A stretch of 64,000 nt of DNA, from positions 1-64,000 of the IMG/VR virus record IMGVR_UViG_3300035181_002522. One strand, written 5' to 3'. Below, one piece after another: positions 8,801-17,852 of this stretch. The stretch's first letter is position 1. Each line of letters begins with the position of its first letter. Under the pieces are notes generated by a model, which saw only the letters and a list, made by a program, of their open reading frames with translations, was not told the origin of the DNA and ran no database searches. The stretch comes from a virus. The translations under genes and the position numbers were made by a program.

Positions 8801-10705
8801 GTTTAACGCCGTAGTACCAGAACCGGTCACATCGCCAGTAACAGTGATTGTTTGATTTCCTGTTAGATACGCAATTGTTGAACCAGCGGTTGCTCTACCA
8901 TATGCATCTACAGTCAAGTTATTATATGTGCCAGCTGTAATTATTGTTGGTAAGTCAATTACTGGATTACCAGCAATTCCATCACCATTAGTCACTGTTA
9001 AATTATTTGATGTAATTATTCTTGCTGAAACAGTATTGCTTGCTGAATACGATAAAAACCCTAAAGTTGAATTTCCTGAGATGCTAGTAAGTGTTCCATT
9101 TAAAGGTTGAGCATCAGTGATACCATATCCACTCAATGTAGTTGGCTTACCTGTTGTTATTTTAGACCAATCTAAATTTGGAATATCGGCTGCTGATAAA
9201 ACTCCAGCAGCTGTAATCAATCCCTTTGAGTTAAAGCTAACTTTAGTTGCGGTACCAGCTGTAACAACATTTGCTAATGTCACCGCTATTGCCGTAGTAC
9301 CAGAACCAGTCACATCGCCAGATAACGTTATGCTTTGATTTCCTGTCAAATAACTGACATTGGAACCAGCGGTAGCCCTACCATATGCATCTACGGTCAA
9401 GTTATTATATGTGCCAGCTGTAACCCCAGATGTTGATAAATCAATATTGTCCGCATTAATAACGATTCGGCTTGCTGATGCACTGCCAATATCTAATGTA
9501 TTACCAGTTTTTGTTAAACCAGCTCCAGCTGTAATTTGACCAAGACCGTTAAATTGCGTGAAAACTAAAGTAGTAGTTCCTAAAATAATTGGATTGGCTG
9601 TAGTTAATGTCCAACCAGAACTGGCATTTGCCGTTCCTTGTTCGACATAAGTATACAGGCCAGAGGTGACTTCACTTGCATTACCTGAATTATCCGCATC
9701 TGCTGACCTTGACCAAGTTCCAGTTGCAACAACATAAATTCCATTTTGAGAACCAGTTGTTTGATTTTTTACAAGCACTCTATCACCAGCAACAACCGCG
9801 ATACCATCGATGGTTTGCGTGCCAGATAGAGTAATATTTGCAGTGGTTGCAACACGAACTGAATTTTTGAAATCAAGACCAGTAACCGCATTATCGACAT
9901 ATTGCTTAGTTGCCGCATGTAAAGCTGCCGTTGGGTCACCACTCAAAGTCAAAAGTCCTGACATTGTGTCACCAGCTTTATTAACTGGCGTATAACTAAG
10001 AGCTGTGGTGATATCGCTAGAACTTACTGCTGAAATTGCTGAAACACGCCCAAATGTATCAGTTGTAATTTTGACAAAGCTGTTTGATACAGGAATACCA
10101 ACTGTATTCAACTCAATAGTTGGATTACCAGCGATTCCATTACCATTCGTAATTATCAAAGAACTTGAATTTATTGAACGGCCAGTTATTGTGCCTGCGC
10201 CTGTTTCTACAAGAATACCATAATTGGAATTAGCTGTCAATGAGGTAAGGGTTGCGCTTAATGGCTGGGCATCCGTAATTCCATAACTAGCTAATGTCGA
10301 TGGATTTGAACCAGCAGTGATACGCCCTTTTGAATCTGTTACGACTCTAGTATATGCACCAGCTGTGACACCAGTTGTTGATAAATCAAAAGTTAATTTC
10401 TCATTGCCACCAGCGTTGATATAATTTATTAAAATATCTGCTGTATCAGAAACTTTATCTCTTAATAAGCCAGGAGTTGCATCGGCACTTGTAATCGCTA
10501 CTAATTTATCTACTAGTGAAAGCTTTGTCCAAGCTGTATCTGGAACCCCAGTTTTAACATAAATGTCGCCAGCTGAATTTAAATAAACTGAGCTAAGTGG
10601 AGCCTCAAAGCTATCCACTGGAGGTATTAAACTGCCACCGGTAATTAAAAATTGGTCTTTGATCGAAAGATCGTCAATATTAAAAGCTGAATCTAACTCT
10701 GACAT
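5852..10705 (-). CDS. long tail fibre / adhesin protein with internal duplication and collagen-like segment
   Basis: 1617 aa, T/G/S/A-rich. Repeated AGTY..VTVDAYGR and ATTANITLSGTQTIDG...GDRVLVKNQ...QNGIY modules. G-X-Y run GPSGPQGIQGIQGPQGPQGIQG. Confidence 0.85.
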   Translation of the reverse strand: MSELDSAFNIDDLSIKDQFLITGGSLIPPVDSFEAPLSSVYLNSAGDIYVKTGVPDTAWTKLSLVDKLVAITSADATPGLLRDKVSDTADILINYINAGGNEKLTFDLSTTGVTAGAYTRVVTDSKGRITAGSNPSTLASYGITDAQPLSATLTSLTANSNYGILVETGAGTITGRSINSSSLIITNGNGIAGNPTIELNTVGIPVSNSFVKITTDTFGRVSAISAVSSSDITTALSYTPVNKAGDTMSGLLTLSGDPTAALHAATKQYVDNAVTGLDFKNSVRVATTANITLSGTQTIDGIAVVAGDRVLVKNQTTGSQNGIYVVATGTWSRSADADNSGNASEVTSGLYTYVEQGTANASSGWTLTTANPIILGTTTLVFTQFNGLGQITAGAGLTKTGNTLDIGSASASRIVINADNIDLSTSGVTAGTYNNLTVDAYGRATAGSNVSYLTGNQSITLSGDVTGSGTTAIAVTLANVVTAGTATKVSFNSKGLITAAGVLSAADIPNLDWSKITTGKPTTLSGYGITDAQPLNGTLTSISGNSTLGFLSYSASNTVSARIITSNNLTVTNGDGIAGNPVIDLPTIITAGTYNNLTVDAYGRATAGSTIAYLTGNQTITVTGDVTGSGTTALNLTLNSVNANVGSFGSATTVPQFTVNAKGLITTVSNVNISFPVSSVAGKTGIVTLNSTDVGLGNVANSLQVINGGNFNSISSGTLASRPIAGSANRYYVSTDTYALYRDNGSAWDIIMPALTGDITLAAGSTTTSLANIGTPVSNSFVKITTDAKGRVSAISAVSSSDITTALGYTPVNKAGDTMSGLLTLSGDPTAALHAATKQYVDNAITGLDFKNSVRVATTANITLSGTQMIDGIAVVAGDRVLVKNQTTGSQNGIYVVATGTWSRSTDADNSGNTSEVTSGLYTYVEQGTVNASSGWTLTTANPITLGTTDLVFTQFNGLGQITAGAGLTKTGNTLDVGSASTSRIVINADNIDLSTSGVIAGTYNNLTVDAYGRATAGSTIAYLTGNQSITLSGDVTGSGTTAITATLVNSGVTAGTYNSLTVNAKGIVTSATSQPYLTANQTITISGDGTGSGTTSIPFTLNTVPISKGGTGQTTKTAAFNALSPGVAKGDLIIFNGSNNVAQTVGTSGLFLMADSTSATGVSYQPVITTDKFVKVDASDTTSGYLASKIIAGTGISLTVNNSGANETLTIANTVTSADQTVIQLANSATSTITTTFTSISWGSVTYENNAAALNWVSGANITVGQTGYYQISYALPVASRAATRTITTRVIKNGTTLLVGSIATFTFAASTTGTVDNTFVANLTAADTIQVQISTSTGTDTLSLSAMVSVVKLTGAVGPSGPQGIQGIQGPQGPQGIQGIQGNAGPAGSGSTINVKDENVYVTGTPFTELNFIGGLVSVSNGGSGQADIAVSGPLSALTDATISAPADGQILIYDGTAGKWKNGSLSALNPIGKTYTMDFGTQSGAGVNIFMGCDDVIVPSNITPHIVPWDSQLLGITFTNGVSNAGVDVEIHVAPWGTPASTTTPLVVPLRNARAFRKTTFTSPINFSAGDMIAVYMRGAAGQTAPSRCFCLLHMMVIANTLADVQVDFSTNLT
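7577..10100. repeat. Intragenic direct duplication (~810 bp, copies ~7577-8390 and ~9290-10100, partial third copy ~8808-8940)
   Basis: Long near-identical DNA blocks offset by 1713 bp inside the tail-fibre gene. Confidence 0.85.
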
Positions 10706-10745
10706 ATTATTGTTAGCCTTAAAAAGAATGCGTTAAGCGTTAATG

Positions 10746-10752
10746 TATTTAT
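10746..10752 (-). promoter_or_regulatory. T4-like late promoter motif
   Basis: ATAAATA on the minus strand ~40 bp upstream of the 10705 start. Confidence 0.55.
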
Positions 10753-10776
10753 CGAGAAAATCACAACCTTTAAACG

Positions 10777-10808
10777 CAAAACTGGGGATATTAATATCCC
10801 CAGTTTTG
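10777..10808 (-). terminator. intrinsic terminator (32-bp perfect palindrome)
   Basis: CAAAACTGGGGATATTAATATCCCCAGTTTTG just after the stop of 10825..12366. Confidence 0.75.
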
Positions 10809-10824
10809 TTTGAGCTAAATAAAT

Positions 10825-12366
10825 TTAAATTGAAGTAACGCGGCGAGCTGTTACATTAACTGATGCGGTTGACTGAACGGTTAATTGTAAGTTTGAACCA
10901 TTTAGAACAACGTTATACATTAAGCCAGGAATATTTGCGCCAAGTTTTAAAGTTGCAAATTTTGTAAAATCAGCAGTTAAACCATTGGTTGCTGCAAAAA
11001 TTTCTACAGCTTGAACATTTGCTGAGTTTGCTGCATCAACTACTTTAACAATCCATTTTATAACTGTAGCTGCAATTGAATCGATAACTGTAGAAGTAGT
11101 AACACCAGCAACGGTACTTTCTTTACTAATTTGAGTTAACGCATTATCAATTGCTTGTACATTTTCAACTAGAGTGTTAGCCGCTAATACGTAAGTACCA
11201 TCAACAATATCACTGCCGATGAATGAATCAAGAGCATTGATATTAGCGCTAATTGTGCTGCTTGAAAGAACATGGTTACCATCAGTAACTGAACCAAGTT
11301 TAGTATCCAAAAGTTGGATATTTTGATTGGTTGAATTAGTGTTGATAATAACATTACCAGAAACAACAGCTGCACCTAAATGGAAATCAAGAGCTTGGAT
11401 GTTTTGGTTAATGGTATTTGCTGCTAAGATGAAATTACCATTAGAAACGTTAGCGCCAAGTTCATCAGCCAATGCAATTAAATTGCCATTAACATGTTGT
11501 GCTTCAGAAATCCAATGGTGTGAACCAGTAATTGGTGCACCAAATACAACATCAAGAGCTGAAATATTTGCATTGACTGTATTAGCAGCTAAGATGTAAT
11601 TGCCATTAACAACATTTTGACCAATTTCAGAATCTAATGCTTGTAAGTTAGTCGCAACGTTATCAGATGCTGAAATCCACCAGCCAGAAGCATTGTTACC
11701 AACTTCAAGGTCTAATGCAGATATTGCAGCAGTAAGTGAACTATTTTGCGTAATAACTGACGTAGAAGTATAAGTTGGCATGATAGCGCCAGTGGCAGTT
11801 TTGCCAATGAAGCTACGAATATATTGTAATTCATCTAAGCTAGATGAATCGAAACGAACCCATGCGGTACCATTCCAGGTCCAACGAGTACCACCAGAAG
11901 TACCAGCATCTACATAAATTGTATCACCTTGTGATAAAGTGTTGGTGTCTTCAACGTAAACTTCATTAGTAGCATCATAAACGTAAACGTTTGGAGTACC
12001 TGAAGATAAGTCTGGGAATAAAACGCGTTGGCCATTGACAATAGTTACACCATCAACGATATTTGAACCTACGCCAGTTGGAAGAGTTGTTACGCCAGTT
12101 GCAATAACTTCAACTGGTTCGCGCCATGAAACTGCACCAGCAACTGAAGCGGTTACCCATGATTGTGAAGCTTGTTTTGACCAATGTTGAATACCAACAC
12201 CAGCAGTGATTTTGGTCCAAAGTGAACCATCTAATGTATCAGTATAAACTGAACCAACTTGTGCATTACCACTATCACCAGTTCCTGGAGAGCCAGTTCC
12301 TTGTAAATATTGCACTACTTCATCAATTTCTAAGCCTCTATTAATTCTGAAAAAATCTTCAGCCAT
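10825..12366 (-). CDS. virion structural/fibre protein with ~26-aa repeats
   Basis: 513 aa; tandem (V/I)xxGNxILxxNTINxNIxALD repeats; C-terminal domain similar to that of 13085..13738. Confidence 0.75.
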   Translation of the reverse strand: MAEDFFRINRGLEIDEVVQYLQGTGSPGTGDSGNAQVGSVYTDTLDGSLWTKITAGVGIQHWSKQASQSWVTASVAGAVSWREPVEVIATGVTTLPTGVGSNIVDGVTIVNGQRVLFPDLSSGTPNVYVYDATNEVYVEDTNTLSQGDTIYVDAGTSGGTRWTWNGTAWVRFDSSSLDELQYIRSFIGKTATGAIMPTYTSTSVITQNSSLTAAISALDLEVGNNASGWWISASDNVATNLQALDSEIGQNVVNGNYILAANTVNANISALDVVFGAPITGSHHWISEAQHVNGNLIALADELGANVSNGNFILAANTINQNIQALDFHLGAAVVSGNVIINTNSTNQNIQLLDTKLGSVTDGNHVLSSSTISANINALDSFIGSDIVDGTYVLAANTLVENVQAIDNALTQISKESTVAGVTTSTVIDSIAATVIKWIVKVVDAANSANVQAVEIFAATNGLTADFTKFATLKLGANIPGLMYNVVLNGSNLQLTVQSTASVNVTARRVTSI

Positions 12367-12370
12367 GTTA

Positions 12371-13044
12371 TTACTCCTGTATTAAATGTTTATTCCGTTT
12401 ATAAATGCCAGATATTGAATTAATAGAGACATTATATCCTAATGCTATTATCCAACTGTGAATTTGCTTTAGCATTTCACCATAATTTTTCTTTATTACC
12501 AATTCTTTTCTAACGACTTCTAGCAATTTAGTTAAAGTTGCTGAACGTTTAATATTCGCTAATCTAACTATTTCTGAATTTTCTTTAGTCTTTCCAAAAG
12601 AAGGGTTATTTTGGCCTAATCTTGACGTTTTCATTTTTTCTGCGATTATTCTAAGATATTCGCAATTATGCTTATTTCGTGAAGATAAGGTTTCTGCTTG
12701 TTTTGTAATACTCTCACAAGTTTCTTTTGTTAAATCAAAATTCCACGCCAATTCTCCAAAAGCGCCAAAACATCCATTAATAGTAGCAAATAATTTATTT
12801 ATAAAATTGGTATCATTTACTGCATTGTTAATTTTATGAATTTTTAATTCTTCTTCAAATGCTTGTTTACGTGTCAAATGTTCTGAAATTATAAATGTAT
12901 CAAAAAGATCAGAAATATTTTTTAGAAACTACAGATGCCCTATTGCCTTTATTAAAATTTTTAATGCTAGTTGAACCAACATAAAACCAAGGTAATTTAT
13001 CTCCATAGTAAATGGTCAAATATACACAAAAATCGATTATTCAT
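12371..13044 (-). pseudogene. degraded Seg-like GIY-YIG homing endonuclease
   Basis: Upstream frame reads FCVYLTIYYGDKLPWFYVGSTS (GIY-YIG motif), then shifts frame near 12915 into ...IISEHLTRKQAFEEE...; NUMOD-like GQNNPSFGK follows. Confidence 0.75.
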
Positions 13045-13084
13045 AAATTTATTAGAACTTTCTTATTCTTATTTATTGCTAGGC

Positions 13085-13738
13085 TTAATAGTTTATTCTA
13101 ATTGTATTAATTCTTAGATCTACAGTGTCCGTATTATTCACGATTAATTCCATATCAGAGCCATTGGCTATAACATTAACCGTATATTTGAGATAGTCTC
13201 CTGTCTTTGCATAAACAGTAAAGGCTGGAGATAATGAAGCACCTCTATATGCCGCTAATAATTCAGCAATTGAGATACGATTTGTACTTTCATCTAGAAC
13301 TGTTATAATCCATTTACATGAAAGATTATTTGGATATGAGATTCTAAAAGTATCACCATTTTTAGAATTACCAGTTTGAACGATAGTTGGGTCTGCTGGG
13401 TCAGTTATTGCCCCATGAATTTGGCCAATTTTTCTAAGTTCAAACGCAGTGATACGATGGTCTACTAATGAATCAATTGGCCAATTGATTATTGGGGTTG
13501 CTTCGAACCCTCTACCAGCAGGGTCTATGTGAAGAATATCACCAGTTCTACCAATGATTTTTACTATTTCACGAATTTGATTTGCTTGGTCTTCTAAGGT
13601 GACAAGAAAAAAGTCACCAACATTTATTGGTTGTGGAAATAAAGCTCCATCACCAGGTATAACGTAAATGTCTAAGTCACTAGAACTAAGTGGTTGGTCT
13701 AACAGCGAAATTGCATTGTTAGTAAATAATTGAGACAT
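13085..13738 (-). CDS. putative virion structural protein
   Basis: 217 aa; N-terminal LFTNNAISLL...FLVTLED...EIVKI...RGFEAT module typical of phage tail-associated proteins. Confidence 0.7.
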   Translation of the reverse strand: MSQLFTNNAISLLDQPLSSSDLDIYVIPGDGALFPQPINVGDFFLVTLEDQANQIREIVKIIGRTGDILHIDPAGRGFEATPIINWPIDSLVDHRITAFELRKIGQIHGAITDPADPTIVQTGNSKNGDTFRISYPNNLSCKWIITVLDESTNRISIAELLAAYRGASLSPAFTVYAKTGDYLKYTVNVIANGSDMELIVNNTDTVDLRINTIRINY

Positions 13739-13959
13739 TATTTTACCTCTTCTAATGAACCATTAAACTGCTCCACAAGTGCAATCAATGTCACTCTTGA
13801 ATTTGGACTTAGTTCAATTGCCGCGCTTTCAAAAGCAGCAGCTTCTTTAAGTGGTATATTCACTAATACGTGGTCAATACCAAGTTCACATTTAAATTGC
13901 TGGTATCGTTGTTTGCCTTCTAATAAGGCAAGGTCTTGAAAAAGGTTATTTGGATTCAT
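13738..13959 (-). CDS. hypothetical protein
   Basis: Likely start MNPNNLFQ, overlapping the end of the upstream gene. Confidence 0.6.
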   Translation of the reverse strand: MNPNNLFQDLALLEGKQRYQQFKCELGIDHVLVNIPLKEAAAFESAAIELSPNSRVTLIALVEQFNGSLEEVK

Positions 13960-14446
13960 GGCCAAGATATTCTGCGTAAATTTTTTGAAATTTTTTCTTA
14001 TCGAAAAAGCTATCTCCGCTATCACGTTCAATCGCTGTAATAGCTCTTAAACTATATCTGTCACCATCGTCACTAATAACAACTAGGCCTTTTGATAGAC
14101 CAATATTTTTGTTATGTAGTTTTAATTCTTTTACTTTTACTTTTTTACTCATTTCCGTTTCACTATCAAATATCGTAAGCTCATCATGTTTTTGCGGAAG
14201 TTGAATAGTTCGTTTGATAACGCCAAGTGAATTTAATACCTTTGGACCTTGCGGAAAATCAACTTCAACATCATTCAATAATTTAATATCAAAAAAGTAA
14301 ATTGATAATAGTTGTTCAGTTGTACCGTCAACTGGTTTAACTAACGCACATGGACCTTTCGCTTTATAATTGGAAAAGTGTTTAACTTCATATTGCTGAT
14401 CGTCAGTTGTCGTTATGATGTCAGTTGGAAGCGGTACTACCCACAT
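13946..14446 (-). CDS. hypothetical protein
   Basis: 166-aa ORF in packed operon. Confidence 0.7.
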   Translation of the reverse strand: MWVVPLPTDIITTTDDQQYEVKHFSNYKAKGPCALVKPVDGTTEQLLSIYFFDIKLLNDVEVDFPQGPKVLNSLGVIKRTIQLPQKHDELTIFDSETEMSKKVKVKELKLHNKNIGLSKGLVVISDDGDRYSLRAITAIERDSGDSFFDKKKFQKIYAEYLGHESK

Positions 14447-14659
14447 TTAAGCTTCCTCATACCAAGCATCTATGTCATCCAAGTATTGTTCGACATAGTG
14501 TTTAAAATTTGTTTTAGCTTTTTTATAAGGCATGTGCGCAGGTTTTAAACCATCAGCATTTTCTATTAAACTGGAATGTCTTTTTGCATTACGTTTAACG
14601 TCGTGTCGTGGTTTCAACAAGTTTGAAGTATCAACTAGTTTTTTCATAGTCGTAGTCAT
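14447..14659 (-). CDS. small basic hypothetical protein
   Basis: 70-aa ORF; ATAAATA upstream at 14677-14683. Confidence 0.6.
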   Translation of the reverse strand: MTTTMKKLVDTSNLLKPRHDVKRNAKRHSSLIENADGLKPAHMPYKKAKTNFKHYVEQYLDDIDAWYEEA

Positions 14660-14679
14660 TTAATTACTAATAAAGATAT

Positions 14680-15102
14680 TTATGCAATTTTTTTAAAATT
14701 TTTTACAGAGAAAAACTTATCATGTTGTTCTGGCCCCCATGGGTTCGATAAACTTATCGCGCCATCATCTGCAACTCCGCTAACTGTAAATGTTTCGCCA
14801 ACCGATACTTCATTTTCACCGACTTTAAAAGATTTTATCACTTCTACTTGGTCTCCAACATCGATTTTTTCGATTGGCTCTTCTTTTTTGTTAGCTACTT
14901 CACACAAATATCCCTTAAATGTCAAGCTTTCTTTAAGACCACTACGACGTTTTGTGACAGCGGTCACATACGCCCAATAATGTTCATCTTCAGTTTTAAA
15001 TTTCTTTTTTGCATGTTTCTTTTCTTCATCCCAAATTTTTTCAATGTCGCTTTTTGATTTGCCACTCTTTTTAGCTATGCTTGCTATAACTGCTGCTGGC
15101 AT
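14680..15102 (-). CDS. putative internal head/core protein
   Basis: Basic N-terminal helical domain followed by an internal ESLTFKGYLCE motif resembling the capsid-targeting/cleavage signal. Confidence 0.55.
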   Translation of the reverse strand: MPAAVIASIAKKSGKSKSDIEKIWDEEKKHAKKKFKTEDEHYWAYVTAVTKRRSGLKESLTFKGYLCEVANKKEEPIEKIDVGDQVEVIKSFKVGENEVSVGETFTVSGVADDGAISLSNPWGPEQHDKFFSVKNFKKIA

Positions 15103-15112
15103 AATAAATCCT

Positions 15113-16093
15113 TTATAGTTGAGTTCGATTGATGACTTTCACAGTTTTGTTCAGTCGTTTTTTATCAGCCGCTCGTAAAAAAAGCCCATAACACGGTTTA
15201 TGCATAGTATGTTCATTTATCATTGGTTTAAAATCCGGCCGATTAGTTTTATTTATGATTATAAAGTGAATATCATTAGCTGAGACGTCAGTTAACTCGG
15301 TAATTAATTGTTCTAATTCAATGAATAACCTTCTATCAACCTGGCTAAAATGAAAATGAGTATCACAAAAAGTTTGTTTAACAACACAACCTTTACTTGC
15401 TAAATCAGCGCCAAATACAACATCGACGATTTCTCGGTCTGTTGCTTTTATTGCAATGTCAGGTTTAATTTTGAAATTATTTGCTTCAGTATGCTGCAAT
15501 TGAATTTCTCCATTTGCCAATAATTGCTCCATAATCTCAATTGCCGTTTGTCTAAAATATTTAACTGAGCTTTCCCAAAAAACAGCATTAGACATTTTTA
15601 TCGACACTGGAACTATCTCTGTTAAAGTATGTAATTCTATATCAGCTTTTGCCCTTGCTTTGGTCATCCTAGCAACATCAACCGCTCTTTGCACTAATTC
15701 AATAACTTTTACCTTTTTTCTATCTCTAAAAACTACATCAATATGCCCAGTTGTGCATAAATCATTAATTTTATCACAAAGAACTGTTTCATTCTGTTTA
15801 CCACTTGATAAATTTCCTTGTTTATCTAATGGTTTACAGATTATTTGAAAGTTGTTTAATAAAATTCCGCCTAAGGATGAGCCTGAGATAGTTGTATCTC
15901 TTACGGCTTGAGGGAAATGATTTAAAATAATTTTAAATGTAGCCTGTCGATCAGAAACAAGTATTATTATCTTGTTGGATGTTGAGCCAGTTTGTTTAAA
16001 TTGGGTAAAGCCTAATTTTGCTAATTGAGCTATAATTTCAGTCCGCTGAATTTTTTTTACATCGGTTAAATTCCTTTTAACCATTTGATTCAC
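15113..16093 (-). CDS. putative PD-(D/E)XK endonuclease
   Basis: GKQNE helix ... KADIEL ... VPVSIK pattern. Confidence 0.55.
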   Translation of the reverse strand: MNQMVKRNLTDVKKIQRTEIIAQLAKLGFTQFKQTGSTSNKIIILVSDRQATFKIILNHFPQAVRDTTISGSSLGGILLNNFQIICKPLDKQGNLSSGKQNETVLCDKINDLCTTGHIDVVFRDRKKVKVIELVQRAVDVARMTKARAKADIELHTLTEIVPVSIKMSNAVFWESSVKYFRQTAIEIMEQLLANGEIQLQHTEANNFKIKPDIAIKATDREIVDVVFGADLASKGCVVKQTFCDTHFHFSQVDRRLFIELEQLITELTDVSANDIHFIIINKTNRPDFKPMINEHTMHKPCYGLFLRAADKKRLNKTVKVINRTQL

Positions 16094-16103
16094 TTATTAC
16101 ATA

Positions 16104-16574
16104 TTATGTTCCATAATATCTCTCTTTAACGGTTTGATTTACAGCTTCATAGAACTCAGCTTCAGTGGTTTTAGCTAAAATATTGGTTTTTTGTAATTCT
16201 TTTATGTGTTTAACTAAATCTTTCAAAGTTATATCTTTAGAGTTCTTTGAAAAAAGAATAACATTATCAATCAATGATAATGAACGACTTGGAGTTAAAA
16301 TTAAAAAATTATGACCAGTTTTAGCTCTATAATCTAATTCTGCTTTTGCTTTTTGATGACAAAAGCGCTGAGTTGGTTTACATCTACAAAATGTAAAACT
16401 AATGATATTAAGAGAATGATTTAAAGCAAACCGAAAAGCAACGCCACCAGAAGAACTTTGAATCAGCTCTTTCTTGGTGGCGTCAAAGAAGATAGGACGT
16501 AAGTAACGATAGACAATGCTAGGTTTAGCTGCCTTGAAGGTTGTTTGAGTCTGTGATATACTTTGATATGTCAA
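16104..16574 (-). CDS. hypothetical protein
   Basis: 156-aa ORF in operon. Confidence 0.65.
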   Translation of the reverse strand: MTYQSISQTQTTFKAAKPSIVYRYLRPIFFDATKKELIQSSSGGVAFRFALNHSLNIISFTFCRCKPTQRFCHQKAKAELDYRAKTGHNFLILTPSRSLSLIDNVILFSKNSKDITLKDLVKHIKELQKTNILAKTTEAEFYEAVNQTVKERYYGT

Positions 16575-16974
16575 TTGAATCTAACTTTTCTAGTGAATGC
16601 TTATGGTGTATATTATACAACATAAGCTCTAAAAGTACAAAAAAAGTTAAGTTTTCTTCAGCATTAAATGGAATATTAGCTTTAACTTCAGGTTCTTCTA
16701 ATTTACCATTCCAATGTAAATAAACTAATTCATCAGATTCAGGTATCTTTATGTTAATGGTTAAGGTTGGAATTTCAGGCTCTAATCCAGGACTCCAGAT
16801 TATATCAGAGTTTTCAAAATAACCAAAATCATATTCAGGAATAAATTCTTCTGGTTCATCAGTTTCTGGATTTATTTCAGGCGTGTTTATAATAGTTGCA
16901 AATGCGTTAAAAGAACGAACAATTAACGCATTTAAGATTGATTGAGTTAATACGGATGGTTTAAATTCTGTCAT
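16525..16974 (-). CDS. acidic hypothetical protein
   Basis: 149-aa ORF overlapping the TS stop (ATGA). Confidence 0.7.
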   Translation of the reverse strand: MTEFKPSVLTQSILNALIVRSFNAFATIINTPEINPETDEPEEFIPEYDFGYFENSDIIWSPGLEPEIPTLTINIKIPESDELVYLHWNGKLEEPEVKANIPFNAEENLTFFVLLELMLYNIHHKHSLEKLDSIDISKYITDSNNLQGS

Positions 16975-17852
16975 ACGGCTATTGGGAAATGAATTGATGG
17001 ATATGGGTCATATTCAGTCAACGTAAAATCTTCAATTATGTAATCATATATTGAAGGTTTTTTGCTAATTGTTAATATTGGCGATGGCCTTTCAGGCAGG
17101 TTTTCAACTCTATCTAAATATTCAATTGTTGCTGCCAGTGAATTGTTATAAACGTGACAATGACTTCCAGCATGTATCAACCACTTTGGTTTCATATTTA
17201 GTTGCTGAGCAATGAGATATGTAAACACTGCACCGATAAACAAATTACCAGCACCAACCCCAATAGGGTAATCACAACTGCGCTGAAATATTTCACATGA
17301 TAGCTGGTTCATTTCACCATTAGCATCAGGTGAAACCATGAAGTGATATGCAAAATGACAAGCTGGCAAACGAACTTCATTAATCTTGTCAGGTCTCCAT
17401 AATACAAACATTGCTTGTCGAGATGCTGGATTTTGACGTAAGGTATTGATGACATAGTCAAGTTGATTAAACCCATTTTTAAGTGGATGAAGTTTACTTA
17501 ATTGCCCACCGAAGTGAATTAAGTTCATTCCATAACCATAGCCAATTGAGGTTGGTTCAAGCTGATGTTGCTCAGTGAAATTATCATCAATCCAAGGAGT
17601 CCATACATTACAACCTTGAGCTTGCAAATCTGAAATTTTATCACTTCCAGAGATATACCAAAGCACTTCTTTTACAAATGATTTCCATACAATCTTACGA
17701 AAGGTAAGTAATGGAACTCGTTCAGAGATGTCATACCTTGTGGTTAAGCCAAAATAAGTTCGACAACCATGGCCGGTTCTTTCACCTTGTTCCCAACCTT
17801 CATTAACAATCTTTGCTAATGCATCATCATATTGTTTAAGTATGTAAGTCAT
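16971..17852 (-). CDS. thyA: thymidylate synthase
   Basis: ERTGHG, EVLWYISG, PASRQ, catalytic LPACH, FQRSCD, dUMP-specifying Asn (GVGAGN), HVY. Confidence 0.93.
   Translation of the reverse strand: MTYILKQYDDALAKIVNEGWEQGERTGHGCRTYFGLTTRYDISERVPLLTFRKIVWKSFVKEVLWYISGSDKISDLQAQGCNVWTPWIDDNFTEQHQLEPTSIGYGYGMNLIHFGGQLSKLHPLKNGFNQLDYVINTLRQNPASRQAMFVLWRPDKINEVRLPACHFAYHFMVSPDANGEMNQLSCEIFQRSCDYPIGVGAGNLFIGAVFTYLIAQQLNMKPKWLIHAGSHCHVYNNSLAATIEYLDRVENLPERPSPILTISKKPSIYDYIIEDFTLTEYDPYPSIHFPIAV

Noticed and set aside
7233-10223. Short plus-strand ORFs antisense to the tail-fibre gene, and similar antisense ORFs elsewhere
   Set aside because: Shadow frames caused by codon bias of the real gene on the opposite strand; no RBS or motifs.
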